Positions 19,909 through 28,898 of a stretch of DNA of 64,000 nucleotides are shown piece by piece. The notes under the pieces were generated by a model, which did no database searches, was not told where the DNA came from, and saw only the letters and a list, made by a program, of their open reading frames with translations. The position numbers and the translations under genes were made by a program. How positions within the stretch are numbered: position 1 is the stretch's first letter; every line of letters begins with the position of its first letter. Source of the DNA: a virus; the IMG/VR virus record IMGVR_UViG_3300008117_004657, positions 8,978 to 72,977 of that record. The stretch is one strand, 5' to 3'.

Positions 19909-20724
19909 TTATGACAAAGATTTTGCCTCTATACTTCGTTGAACAAATCTCATCAATTCATTGTAATATTGATCATCAGTCATTTCTCGACCAGTAATTT
20001 TAAAACTTTGTACTCCAACTTGTTTTAACTTTTTCATGGCATTAGGCATCAGATCCATACACTCGTATTTACTGTCTATATCTGGGTTAAATTTTGGCAA
20101 CCAACATTCTTCTATTTCTCGACTATAAGGTCTGCCTGCGGTATTTTCATCAGCGATAGCTTTAAAGTGTGCATCATAGTGTTTACATCCATAAACACAA
20201 GTATCATTTAACATAACTTCCCATTTAGTTCTATCCAATTCGATAGTTCTAGGGTCAAATACATGCTCAAATCTAGGAACTATCCAATCATAATTTTTTT
20301 CGAGAACTTTAAAAAACTGAATATCTTCATCCTGTAATGGAATATTCAGTTGTCCCATTCCAGTTATACTATAAATTAATTCATAATCTGGATAATTTGA
20401 ACGAACATATTTTCTCAGATCATCATTAACTATTATTAGTGCATTACCTTTTCGATGAAATTTTTCTAATAAATGATTACCAACTTCATCATTCAAATCT
20501 ATCGTATGATTACTTAATGTTAAAGCTATACTTATACCTTTACTATAATAAAAATTCATTAGATTTTCATTATAGTAAACATCTCTGTTAATTCTACCAC
20601 CATTCCATTTACATTTATTTACTCCATCATATACTAATATTTTTGTATTGTCTACAATTCTATTAGAAATAAATTTTATTATAGGAATGGTTTTACTGAA
20701 AGCACCAGCTATTAGGTATCTCAT
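19909..20724 (-). CDS. Peptidase U32-like (Fe-S) protein
   Basis: WNGGR, EVMLNDTCVYGC…EC…EC and GVQSFKITGR, which matches the U32 SxKIxGR signature. Confidence 0.6.
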   Translation of the reverse strand: MRYLIAGAFSKTIPIIKFISNRIVDNTKILVYDGVNKCKWNGGRINRDVYYNENLMNFYYSKGISIALTLSNHTIDLNDEVGNHLLEKFHRKGNALIIVNDDLRKYVRSNYPDYELIYSITGMGQLNIPLQDEDIQFFKVLEKNYDWIVPRFEHVFDPRTIELDRTKWEVMLNDTCVYGCKHYDAHFKAIADENTAGRPYSREIEECWLPKFNPDIDSKYECMDLMPNAMKKLKQVGVQSFKITGREMTDDQYYNELMRFVQRSIEAKSLS

Positions 20725-20732
20725 ATTCTATT

Positions 20733-21491
20733 CTACATTAAAAAACATTTAGGTTTTGGGCAAACGCCATCGGTTTTTATTCTATAACAACAGTTATATA
20801 AATCTAAGTTTGGCGCATAGAGAAAATATTTATCTTTATACAAACAAGGTTTCCCAAAAGTATTAAAGTTTGAATCTAACCACAATTCACTGCGTTGACG
20901 ACCAAACCTATCGATATCCTCAAAATTAATTATCTTTTTATAAATCGAATTGTTTTTCAATGATTGATATTGTGAAAGTAAAGTATCACTATAACCATCT
21001 CCAAAGTCGGTAACTGGAGTCAAAAATAAATTGTCATGTGAAAAAGATTTTTTTATAGCAAAATAATAATCTATAGCTTCTTTTCCTGTGTACATAACAT
21101 CTATGATTTTAATATTGACTTCAGTTTCTTTTAATCCGTCAACTATATCTTTTATTGATGTTTCTGTTGGATGAATACTAATATTAACTTTAAAAGGTTC
21201 TTTTATTTGTTCGATTATTTTTCGACTGTAATTACTAAAGTTTGTTTGTATAACAAAAGGTATACTAAATTCATTAAAAGTTTTTATTATAAATTCTATT
21301 TTAGGATGAACAAATGGTTCCCCACCGAACACAAAAATCTCTACATTAGGATATTTTTCTCCTAAAGTTTTTATAAAACTTTTTATTTTTTCTTCATCCA
21401 ATTCTGGTCTTATACTGGGGTCCAAATTCGTACAATATACGCATTTATAATTACACTTAAGTGTAATTTCCCATTCAACAATTTTATTCAT
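20733..21491 (-). CDS. Radical SAM protein (short, twitch-like C-terminus)
   Basis: CNYKCVYC, GGEPFVHP, QTN, SIHPTE and C…CC…CPKPKC. Confidence 0.9.
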   Translation of the reverse strand: MNKIVEWEITLKCNYKCVYCTNLDPSIRPELDEEKIKSFIKTLGEKYPNVEIFVFGGEPFVHPKIEFIIKTFNEFSIPFVIQTNFSNYSRKIIEQIKEPFKVNISIHPTETSIKDIVDGLKETEVNIKIIDVMYTGKEAIDYYFAIKKSFSHDNLFLTPVTDFGDGYSDTLLSQYQSLKNNSIYKKIINFEDIDRFGRQRSELWLDSNFNTFGKPCLYKDKYFLYAPNLDLYNCCYRIKTDGVCPKPKCFLM

Positions 21492-22386
21492 TTTTTATTT
21501 TTAATTGTTTTAAAAGACCATCACAATTACAAGCTTTATGTGGACAAATCATAGGAATAGTTTTCGTAATATTTTTAAAAAAATCTCTATTACTTAAAAG
21601 ATTCACATTATCAGTTTTAGGCATACAAAATTTTACTACGTTGCCTTTAACATCAATTTCATAATTATTATTGTAACAACTCCATCCCTTGAAGTTTGTC
21701 ATCTTATCTCTAAAGATAATATAGTCATTAAAAAAATCGTCATCATATTTGAGTTCTTTTTCATAAGACTCTAAAAAAGAAAAATATTCCCAAAAATCTT
21801 TTCTATAATTAAACAATTTTGTAATACTGTTGCCGTATAAAAAATGTGGATGCACTTTTAAATTAGGTATTTTTTCTAAAGTTTCAAACATGTTTTTTAT
21901 TTTTGGCCAAAGTTTTTTATCATGATGTAACATTACATTAACTTTACACTTATAACCTCTATTCAACATGTGATTTATATTATTTAAAAATCTATTTTCG
22001 TCAGTACAATCAGCTGGGTGATAACTAAACAAAAATGCCAGTCTATCATAATCTGGGTGAGTTGTCAAATCTTTTTCAGCATTAGTAACAACATATACCC
22101 AATTAAATTTTTCCATTTTACTAATTGAATCTAAAATATAATAGTAATGTGGACCTAGAGTTGGTTCACCACCTAATAATCCAAGATTAAAATTTAGACT
22201 GCTTCGATTTAGAGCGTCCAAAACTGCATCTATTACTGTTTTGCTCGATAACTTACCCCATTCTTTACCATATTCATTTCTAGCGTAACAATAAGAACAT
22301 TTAAGTTGACAGATAGTTAAACTGTCCCAATGAATATTAATGTGATCTGGATCTTGATCTTTATGATGTTGTATTTTATACTTCAT
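21484..22386 (-). CDS. Radical SAM protein (short, twitch-like C-terminus)
   Basis: CQLKCSYC, GGEPTL, VTN, SYHP and FKGWSC…C…CPHKACNC. Confidence 0.9.
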   Translation of the reverse strand: MKYKIQHHKDQDPDHINIHWDSLTICQLKCSYCYARNEYGKEWGKLSSKTVIDAVLDALNRSSLNFNLGLLGGEPTLGPHYYYILDSISKMEKFNWVYVVTNAEKDLTTHPDYDRLAFLFSYHPADCTDENRFLNNINHMLNRGYKCKVNVMLHHDKKLWPKIKNMFETLEKIPNLKVHPHFLYGNSITKLFNYRKDFWEYFSFLESYEKELKYDDDFFNDYIIFRDKMTNFKGWSCYNNNYEIDVKGNVVKFCMPKTDNVNLLSNRDFFKNITKTIPMICPHKACNCDGLLKQLKIKNE

Positions 22387-23047
22387 ATTTTTTTAAAAAA
22401 TCTAAAGACGAGGTTATGTTTATATCTTTTTTTGTGTCTGGAAAAGATATATTATCATTCCCATCTTTTGTCTGATAAAAAAACACTTTACCAGTAGTTC
22501 TAAATGATTTAGAGTTACCTGAAGCGTGATAAACTAATCTGATATCATTATGTATATTGTTGTCTTTACCAAATAAAAAATCACCTATAACTTCTTTATT
22601 AAATATAAATTGTCCTAATTGTAGATGTTCAAGATTCAATTTATTTAAAAAATCAATTTTGTTGTTAATATTTTCGTCTTTAAACATATTTACTATTTCT
22701 AATAAATTGTCAGGTTTGTAAGTTGGATAGTAATTTCCTGCTATTATATCAGAATCAAATTCTTGATTAAAAAAATCATTTCTCAAATAATCATCATCTT
22801 CCAAAAAATAGATATATTTACCTTTTGATTGTAAAAATAAAAATTCGTATATACTTGATAAGTTATCAAATTTTTTATAAAAATATTTGACATTAGGATT
22901 TAAAATTTCTTCAATATCACAACTATCATTATTTACAATAATTTCTGTTTGGGGTGTTATTTGAGATAAAACCGATTTTATACATCTATCGAATAAAGTG
23001 GGTCTTTTGTGGGTTAATAATAAAATAGAAAGTTCAACATTTAACAT
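22376..23047 (-). CDS. Glycosyltransferase family 2 (GT-A) protein
   Basis: SILLLTHKRP…CIKSVLSQ…EIIVNND…SKGKYIYFLEDDD. Confidence 0.85.
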   Translation of the reverse strand: MLNVELSILLLTHKRPTLFDRCIKSVLSQITPQTEIIVNNDSCDIEEILNPNVKYFYKKFDNLSSIYEFLFLQSKGKYIYFLEDDDYLRNDFFNQEFDSDIIAGNYYPTYKPDNLLEIVNMFKDENINNKIDFLNKLNLEHLQLGQFIFNKEVIGDFLFGKDNNIHNDIRLVYHASGNSKSFRTTGKVFFYQTKDGNDNISFPDTKKDINITSSLDFLKKYEV

Positions 23048-24036
23048 ACAATTTTTATCTTCTCACCCAAGATAGGATTAAGATTGACCTTTCCTTTTAG
23101 TTCATTTTCTACACCATCACAAACATAAAAATATTTACATTTTAAACATTCTTCAGTTTTAAAACAACTATAAATTCTCAAACGATCTGCTTCAGAAAAA
23201 CACTGATCCACTTTTTGTTCATGTGTGTAAGAAATTTTAGTATTTAAAGTTTCATTATAAACTGCTTTATTCCAATCCTTCATATCATATATGTGATGAT
23301 AATGATTTTTTATATACTTTTCTTTTGATGGCATGAAGCAGTAAGGAAAATATCTAGCGTTTACTTCAACAAAATCTTTTAATTGATCAATATAATCAGA
23401 TACATGTGAACAAATAATTTCATAATTTATAGGTTGAAAATCTTTATTGTCTCTCCAATAATTTAAAGCTATAAAATTTACCTGTGAAGGGCTTAAAGAC
23501 TTTATAAATGAGGTATCTATTTTATCAAAGTTTTCATGATATATTGTTGTGTTTAACCTAACTTCGATATTTAATTTGTGTGAGTTTTCGACAGCTTTAA
23601 TTAAATTATTAAAAGCTCCTTTTTTACCTACAATTTTGTCATGAATATTTTCATCCGTACAATGCAAACTAAAAAGTATTTCTCTTAATCCTAAATCATA
23701 ACTTTTTCTTATAAAATCTTCATCACTAAATTTTCCTCCATGACTAAGGCAACTGATTCTATCGAATTTATTTCGACAGTAATTTAATATATTAAACCAG
23801 TTTGGTTCAACGCTACTTTCACCACCACTTAGATCGATTTCTCTTATGCCATAATCAAGTAAATAATCTATTCTTTTGTATATTTTTTCAAGTTCATCTC
23901 TTTCAGTCAAACTATTTTTATAGTAACAAAATTCACATTTATAATTACAAAGTTTACCTGTGTCCAATTTAGCCCTACTATTAATAGGTCTATTATAATC
24001 AACAGTAACTTTATTAACACTTAATTTGTTCATCAA
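23041..24036 (-). CDS. Radical SAM protein with C-terminal CxxC…C motif
   Basis: CNYKCEFC, SGGE, HDKIVGKKGAF, FPYC and CLKCKYFYVCDG. The layout resembles HxsC-like enzymes. Confidence 0.88.
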   Translation of the reverse strand: MMNKLSVNKVTVDYNRPINSRAKLDTGKLCNYKCEFCYYKNSLTERDELEKIYKRIDYLLDYGIREIDLSGGESSVEPNWFNILNYCRNKFDRISCLSHGGKFSDEDFIRKSYDLGLREILFSLHCTDENIHDKIVGKKGAFNNLIKAVENSHKLNIEVRLNTTIYHENFDKIDTSFIKSLSPSQVNFIALNYWRDNKDFQPINYEIICSHVSDYIDQLKDFVEVNARYFPYCFMPSKEKYIKNHYHHIYDMKDWNKAVYNETLNTKISYTHEQKVDQCFSEADRLRIYSCFKTEECLKCKYFYVCDGVENELKGKVNLNPILGEKIKIVC

Positions 24037-24892
24037 TGTACTTTATTAAAAGGTCATCTTTTGTTAGGGACGTGTTTTGAATACCATCTTTTTTCCTAAC
24101 TTCCAGTGCCTTATCATAATAATCTACATCATAAATAATTTCTTTATCATAATACATACACTCCAAAATAAATCTACTAGAACAATCTTTTTTACCTGGC
24201 AGTTTGGTATAAACATATGTAGAAAACTTGTTCCACATATCAGGCACAGGAACTTTATATGTATTAAAATTTTGGTATAATTCTGGTTTATTCGTAAAAA
24301 TTATACTATCTTTAATTGAATATTTATTGATGACTTCAGTTAAATCTTCTTGTGGTAAGAATCGACTAACATCAGTTAAATAAAACATGGAAGAGTTTTC
24401 AATTTTTCCATCTATAGTTTTGAATTTAGAATATAAAATTTTCTTTTTATAATCTATAACATTTAGTCCTTCTGGTATATCATCATATATCTCAAAATCT
24501 TGAAATAGATGGCTTGAAAATTTTTTATTTGAATAATAACTGAAATCTTTCTCATGACATCTTAAAAGAAAAAAGTTGTCACAATAAATTTCAGAATTAT
24601 TAAACTTGGAATATCCGTCAACTATTAATAAATTTTTCGTTAATAATAGTTTTGGATAAGGATGATAGACTAAATTTTCAATGGTTAAATCATGGTATTT
24701 CGATTTTAAAGCTATATTGAATTCTTCAATAGTCGTACCATCAGACAATAATATACAAGGATTTAAATTTGTCCAATTTTTTATAGCCCAATAGTATTCA
24801 ATCATTTCAAATAAATGGCCACAAATACCAAATTTAAAGTTATATGAAGTGGTTATTACCAAATCATAACTTCTCAAATTAATTAAAGACAC
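24014..24892 (-). CDS. Hypothetical protein, possibly GT-B glycosyltransferase-like
   Basis: 292 aa, GTG start. C-terminal DCSSRFILECMYYDKEII loosely resembles the GT-B donor-binding E…EA helix. Confidence 0.4.
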   Translation of the reverse strand: MSLINLRSYDLVITTSYNFKFGICGHLFEMIEYYWAIKNWTNLNPCILLSDGTTIEEFNIALKSKYHDLTIENLVYHPYPKLLLTKNLLIVDGYSKFNNSEIYCDNFFLLRCHEKDFSYYSNKKFSSHLFQDFEIYDDIPEGLNVIDYKKKILYSKFKTIDGKIENSSMFYLTDVSRFLPQEDLTEVINKYSIKDSIIFTNKPELYQNFNTYKVPVPDMWNKFSTYVYTKLPGKKDCSSRFILECMYYDKEIIYDVDYYDKALEVRKKDGIQNTSLTKDDLLIKYIDEQIKC

Positions 24893-24898
24893 TTAAAA

Positions 24899-26002
24899 TT
24901 ATTTCAAAATAATTTGATCTATACTAAGTGGATTGTATCCTAGATACTCAAAAAAGTTTTTTGGAACTTGATTTACAACATCTTGTTTTAAATTGTTGTC
25001 TAAAATATTTTTAACATATTCAGATTTTAGTACATCAAAAAATAAATTTAAATTTTGATTCAAGTCAAAATTTGAAAAAATTTCTTGAAAATTGTCGATA
25101 GAGAAATTTTCTATAGATGAAGATTCGCATTTAAATAATTCAAATTCGTTTATAATACTATTATAATTTGATAATTGATTTCTCAAAAAAATTTCTTTGT
25201 CGTCAAGTAAAAATTTTTCGTTTTTTAAATAATCTTCATATTTAATATTGATTACATTTGGTAAAGATTTTACTAATACCATATTAAAGATAGAAAAAAT
25301 AAAATTTTTAAACTTATTATTTTTTTTAATATAATCTTCTTCATACCTTATTGCATCAAAATTATAATCTAAATTATTTATGAAAGAGCAAACACTAGGA
25401 TTTCTTATAATATTTAAAACTCTAACATTTTCTTCTCCTAGTTCTTCTTTAACTTTTTGTATAAAAGATGGTGAAAATATTCCTGTCCATATATTATATG
25501 AATTTTTTTCTTTAAAAGAATTTAAGATATTCTGATACTCTAACGCATTGGATATTAAAATTTTTTTAATATCTTCATTAGAATAAATATCTTTATACCT
25601 AGAGTTTGATTGTAGATTTGTTATTTCATCTTCCATTAAAACAAAAGATTCAAGATTGTAAAAAAAACTATCAAGATTGGTAGTTATCCAAGAAACTTCA
25701 ATATGGTTTTCATTAAAAATTTTATCTGTTAGTTCAATATTAAATTCTTCTATCCTTTGTATTAAAGAATAATTTTTTTGTTTTAATTCATCATCTTCAA
25801 CATTCAGTAAACCATAATTTATTTTTCCTAAAGATTCATTATTACAATATACATTTTTTTGTTCAGAATCAAAAATTATAAAATCATCGTTTCTATATTT
25901 TACGGTATATTCATCAAATTCCCAAACTTTTTCGGCGTCAAGAATACTTCTAGATATGTATTTTAGATTTACAGTTTTAGGACCATTTATTAAGGTTATC
26001 AA
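24899..26002 (-). CDS. Hypothetical protein with sulfotransferase-like motifs
   Basis: VLNIIRNP and INIKYED match sulfotransferase 3'-PB and downstream motifs; ends YLGY. No clear 5'-PSB loop. Confidence 0.5.
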   Translation of the reverse strand: MITLINGPKTVNLKYISRSILDAEKVWEFDEYTVKYRNDDFIIFDSEQKNVYCNNESLGKINYGLLNVEDDELKQKNYSLIQRIEEFNIELTDKIFNENHIEVSWITTNLDSFFYNLESFVLMEDEITNLQSNSRYKDIYSNEDIKKILISNALEYQNILNSFKEKNSYNIWTGIFSPSFIQKVKEELGEENVRVLNIIRNPSVCSFINNLDYNFDAIRYEEDYIKKNNKFKNFIFSIFNMVLVKSLPNVINIKYEDYLKNEKFLLDDKEIFLRNQLSNYNSIINEFELFKCESSSIENFSIDNFQEIFSNFDLNQNLNLFFDVLKSEYVKNILDNNLKQDVVNQVPKNFFEYLGYNPLSIDQIILK

Positions 26003-26004
26003 AA

Positions 26005-26424
26005 TTATCTCCTTAAGTAAGACTCAATAATTTCATTAACACTTTTCTCATCATTTAAATCTGGTAAAACTTTTAATTTATCAATTATATTATAAAATTC
26101 GTCTTTTTTTTCTTGTAATTGTTTAATTGAATCCATAAGGTTGATATATTTTTCCAACTTATTAATAAGTTCAACATCGCCTGTTTCTATAATTTTGATA
26201 TAAACTTCTTCTCTAAGTTCTTCGGTTATGATGTATCCCTTTGAAGCCAGTTCATTGTTAATAGTCATAAAACTGACGAAATCCAATAATTTAAACGTCA
26301 AAAGTTCATCACCAAAAATTCCTCTAGCTTTTGTTTTACATGCTAGAGCAGCTTTACCCGCATAAGTATTCGCGTCTATACCTTCAATTTCAACTCGTTT
26401 TTCTTCCATAAAATTTATCTCCAC
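26005..26424 (-). CDS. Hypothetical protein in the radical SAM cluster
   Basis: 139-aa helical ORF directly downstream of the Cys-repeat gene. Confidence 0.65.
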   Translation of the reverse strand: MEINFMEEKRVEIEGIDANTYAGKAALACKTKARGIFGDELLTFKLLDFVSFMTINNELASKGYIITEELREEVYIKIIETGDVELINKLEKYINLMDSIKQLQEKKDEFYNIIDKLKVLPDLNDEKSVNEIIESYLRR

Positions 26425-26433
26425 TATTAATAA

Positions 26434-27360
26434 TTATTTAATCTCAAAAGGAAGTTCAGAATAATTAACCATATAAAAACCATTTTTGGTCATATAAACA
26501 GCATTAGAATATTTTGTTTTTAGAAGTTCTTGGGCCATAACACCGACAAAAGTCTCATTACTCCAAATATAAGAAAAACTGTAAACATTAATTCCAAAAA
26601 TATTCTTCAAATATTTAATATTCCTTTTCAATCGTCTGTCACTATAATTACAATTGCATGTGCAAGAATAATTGCAGTTACATGTACAATAATTACAGTT
26701 ACATGTACAATAATTACAGTTACATAAACATACTGCGCCAGCATCTTTTACTTTTTTAATTAAAGCATTAATGTCTGTCGCACTTATTCTAGTTGATAGT
26801 TGTGCGTTATTAGTGGTAGATATACCGGCAAATCCAGTAACAAAACCTGCTACCGAAATTGCAGGACCTCGGTCTACTTGTGGATTAGTAGTATTTGGTC
26901 CACCCCAGAGTTCAACACCACCAAAAGCTACAAATTGAGTGCCGTTAGGAAAAATTCGTTGCGTTAATTGAGAACCCGAACTTACAACACTTTCTCCTCC
27001 GGATGACGATGTAGTTATGAGACCAAATGTCCTAGCTCCCGTTCTCTCTATCGAGGCTTTTAAATTATTTATTTGGGACGATGTTATGGAAGTGCCGGAA
27101 CTGACAGTTGATCCTGACGGTGCAGAAAGTCCTCGCCTAGTACATTCAGACGCATAAGCGGTTCTAATAGCATTTATTGATGCAGCCCCAATTAACGATC
27201 CTGCTGTAACATCAGTCAAAGAATAAGTTGTAGCAACTGCAGCGCCATTATAAACGTTTGCTTTTACTATGTAGGTTCCACTAGCATCGTTGTCAGGGTT
27301 GTAACCCTTTGCATGACCAGAGGAAGCAGGAGGTCTTTTTTTGGAAGATGAATACGGCAT
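26434..27360 (-). CDS. Tail-fibre-like protein with (CxCNCNY)4 tract and C-terminal Peptidase S74 intramolecular chaperone; candidate radical SAM substrate
   Basis: Gly/Ser/Thr-rich body with three I-x-[AS]-x-x-I-N motifs. Then CLCNCNYCTCNCNYCTCNCNYSCTCNCNY, then SDRRLKRNI…GINVYSFSY…GVMAQEL…GFYMVNYSEL. Confidence 0.85.
   Translation of the reverse strand: MPYSSSKKRPPASSGHAKGYNPDNDASGTYIVKANVYNGAAVATTYSLTDVTAGSLIGAASINAIRTAYASECTRRGLSAPSGSTVSSGTSITSSQINNLKASIERTGARTFGLITTSSSGGESVVSSGSQLTQRIFPNGTQFVAFGGVELWGGPNTTNPQVDRGPAISVAGFVTGFAGISTTNNAQLSTRISATDINALIKKVKDAGAVCLCNCNYCTCNCNYCTCNCNYSCTCNCNYSDRRLKRNIKYLKNIFGINVYSFSYIWSNETFVGVMAQELLKTKYSNAVYMTKNGFYMVNYSELPFEIK
26675..26725. repeat. Exact 21-bp tandem repeat (2.4 copies) within the Cys tract
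   Basis: cagttacatgtacaataatta at 26675-26695 and 26696-26716, partial copy at 26717-26725. Confidence 0.92.
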
Positions 27361-27361
27361 A

Positions 27362-27742
27362 TTAAATCTCTTTTGATAAGAAGTTTAAATTATCTTTAAC
27401 TTTATTTTCTTCTAAAAATTTTTCATAATCATCAACATCAACAGTAGATGATAAAAAGTCCATAGTTTCTTTATCGGGTTCTTTATCTGACAAAGAATCT
27501 TCTGAAGATTCTTTAATTATATACATCACCATTTCTTCTAAAGAAAAACCTAAAATGTTAGAAACAAGATTTATTTGATCGGAAATATCTAAAGTTCCTT
27601 TAAAGTCCTCTTTAGAAATAGTTTCCAGAACATTTATTGATAGACCTAATCCATCCAATAATACTCTACCCGCAACATTATCTTCTTCAGATATCTCACC
27701 CATAAGTCTAATTATTTCTTCTATTTTTTCAGTGGTTTTCAT
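27362..27742 (-). CDS. Hypothetical acidic protein in the radical SAM cluster
   Basis: 126 aa. ATGA overlap with the upstream radical SAM gene, and it stops 1 nt before the Cys-repeat gene. Confidence 0.65.
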   Translation of the reverse strand: MKTTEKIEEIIRLMGEISEEDNVAGRVLLDGLGLSINVLETISKEDFKGTLDISDQINLVSNILGFSLEEMVMYIIKESSEDSLSDKEPDKETMDFLSSTVDVDDYEKFLEENKVKDNLNFLSKEI

Positions 27743-28602
27743 ACCAATTCCTTTTCTTTAAAATCTCGAAATTTTGGGGAACTCTCAATATTGAAATGTG
27801 TAGTAACATTTCCTTCGTCTGTAAAATACGTTTTAATTTCTTTTCTAATACTACATCCGTCACAAATATCACAAAATAGAGAACATACAGGCGACTGAAT
27901 CTCATTATTTATCCAACTTAACCTGAGATTTTCTTTCATAGAATCTAAAAGTTTTAAGTCTTTCTCACTCAAAGTATCCCAGGCGACAGAGGTTATAAGT
28001 CTCTCCGGCCTAAAAGTTTTGATTAGTTTAGTTATATCTTCGGAAGCTCGCCTTATATTCAATTTATGAATGGTATATCTTATTCGAAACCTGAAATTAT
28101 TTTCCAATAACTTCTTAAATATCTTTACCATAAATGGTGTTGATTCCATACCATTGTGAAAAACTCTGTCTTTATTACCAACTCCATCAAAACTCACATC
28201 TATAGATAATAACTTCTTCTTATAAAAAAAATTATTTTTAGTTACGTCTATGAAATCTTGGCTTAAATATTTAATACCATTTGTTGTCATATTAAAATGA
28301 ACATTCTTCTTTTTACTATAGGCATAGTCCATAGCAAAACAAACATTTTCCCATTCTAATGTTGGCTCTCCACCAAACAATACTATAAGAGTTTGCTGAC
28401 TCGGATCCTCACGTTCTAAAATTTTATCAATACTTTTTACAATATCTTCTTTACTTAAAATTTGCGGCGGTCTTCCTGGTAAATCTTCATAGCAATACGT
28501 GCAAGCTAAGTTGCATTTATTGGTAAAATATAATACATTTACACCAGATCCAGAAACTATTGGTTTATTAGGATCTTGTATGTAAAATTGTTCTACATTC
28601 AT
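27739..28602 (-). CDS. Radical SAM protein (anSME/peptide-maturase-like core, short Cys-rich C-terminus)
   Basis: CNLACTYC, LFGGEPTL, MTTNG, VSFDG and CSLFCDICDGC. Confidence 0.9.
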   Translation of the reverse strand: MNVEQFYIQDPNKPIVSGSGVNVLYFTNKCNLACTYCYEDLPGRPPQILSKEDIVKSIDKILEREDPSQQTLIVLFGGEPTLEWENVCFAMDYAYSKKKNVHFNMTTNGIKYLSQDFIDVTKNNFFYKKKLLSIDVSFDGVGNKDRVFHNGMESTPFMVKIFKKLLENNFRFRIRYTIHKLNIRRASEDITKLIKTFRPERLITSVAWDTLSEKDLKLLDSMKENLRLSWINNEIQSPVCSLFCDICDGCSIRKEIKTYFTDEGNVTTHFNIESSPKFRDFKEKELV

Positions 28603-28898
28603 TGTATTATCATTTTATGAGAATTTTTATATCTATTTTCTTTTGGACGTTTTTTAGCTTCTTCAATTATGTGTCGCATGTTGTCCAAAAATTTGATATA
28701 ATCTAATTTGTAATCAAATAAATGTCCGGCTTCATTATATCCAACATATTTACTATCAACTTTAGCTTTACCTTTTCTAGCTTCTTCAATCTGCACTGAT
28801 AACTCATCAACAGGAATTACTTTGTTTGATGCATGTTCAACAGGTTGCATCTCAACCTTTATTGGTATAGATAATAAACTTTTAAAATTTTTTTTCAT
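28599..28898 (-). CDS. Hypothetical protein in the radical SAM cluster
   Basis: 99 aa, translationally coupled on both sides. Confidence 0.6.
   Translation of the reverse strand: MKKNFKSLLSIPIKVEMQPVEHASNKVIPVDELSVQIEEARKGKAKVDSKYVGYNEAGHLFDYKLDYIKFLDNMRHIIEEAKKRPKENRYKNSHKMIIQ

Noticed and set aside
26530-26727. Plus-strand ORF with TCTIITV repeats
   Set aside because: Antisense shadow of the CxCNCNY tract. The minus-strand frame has the S74 motifs and operon context.
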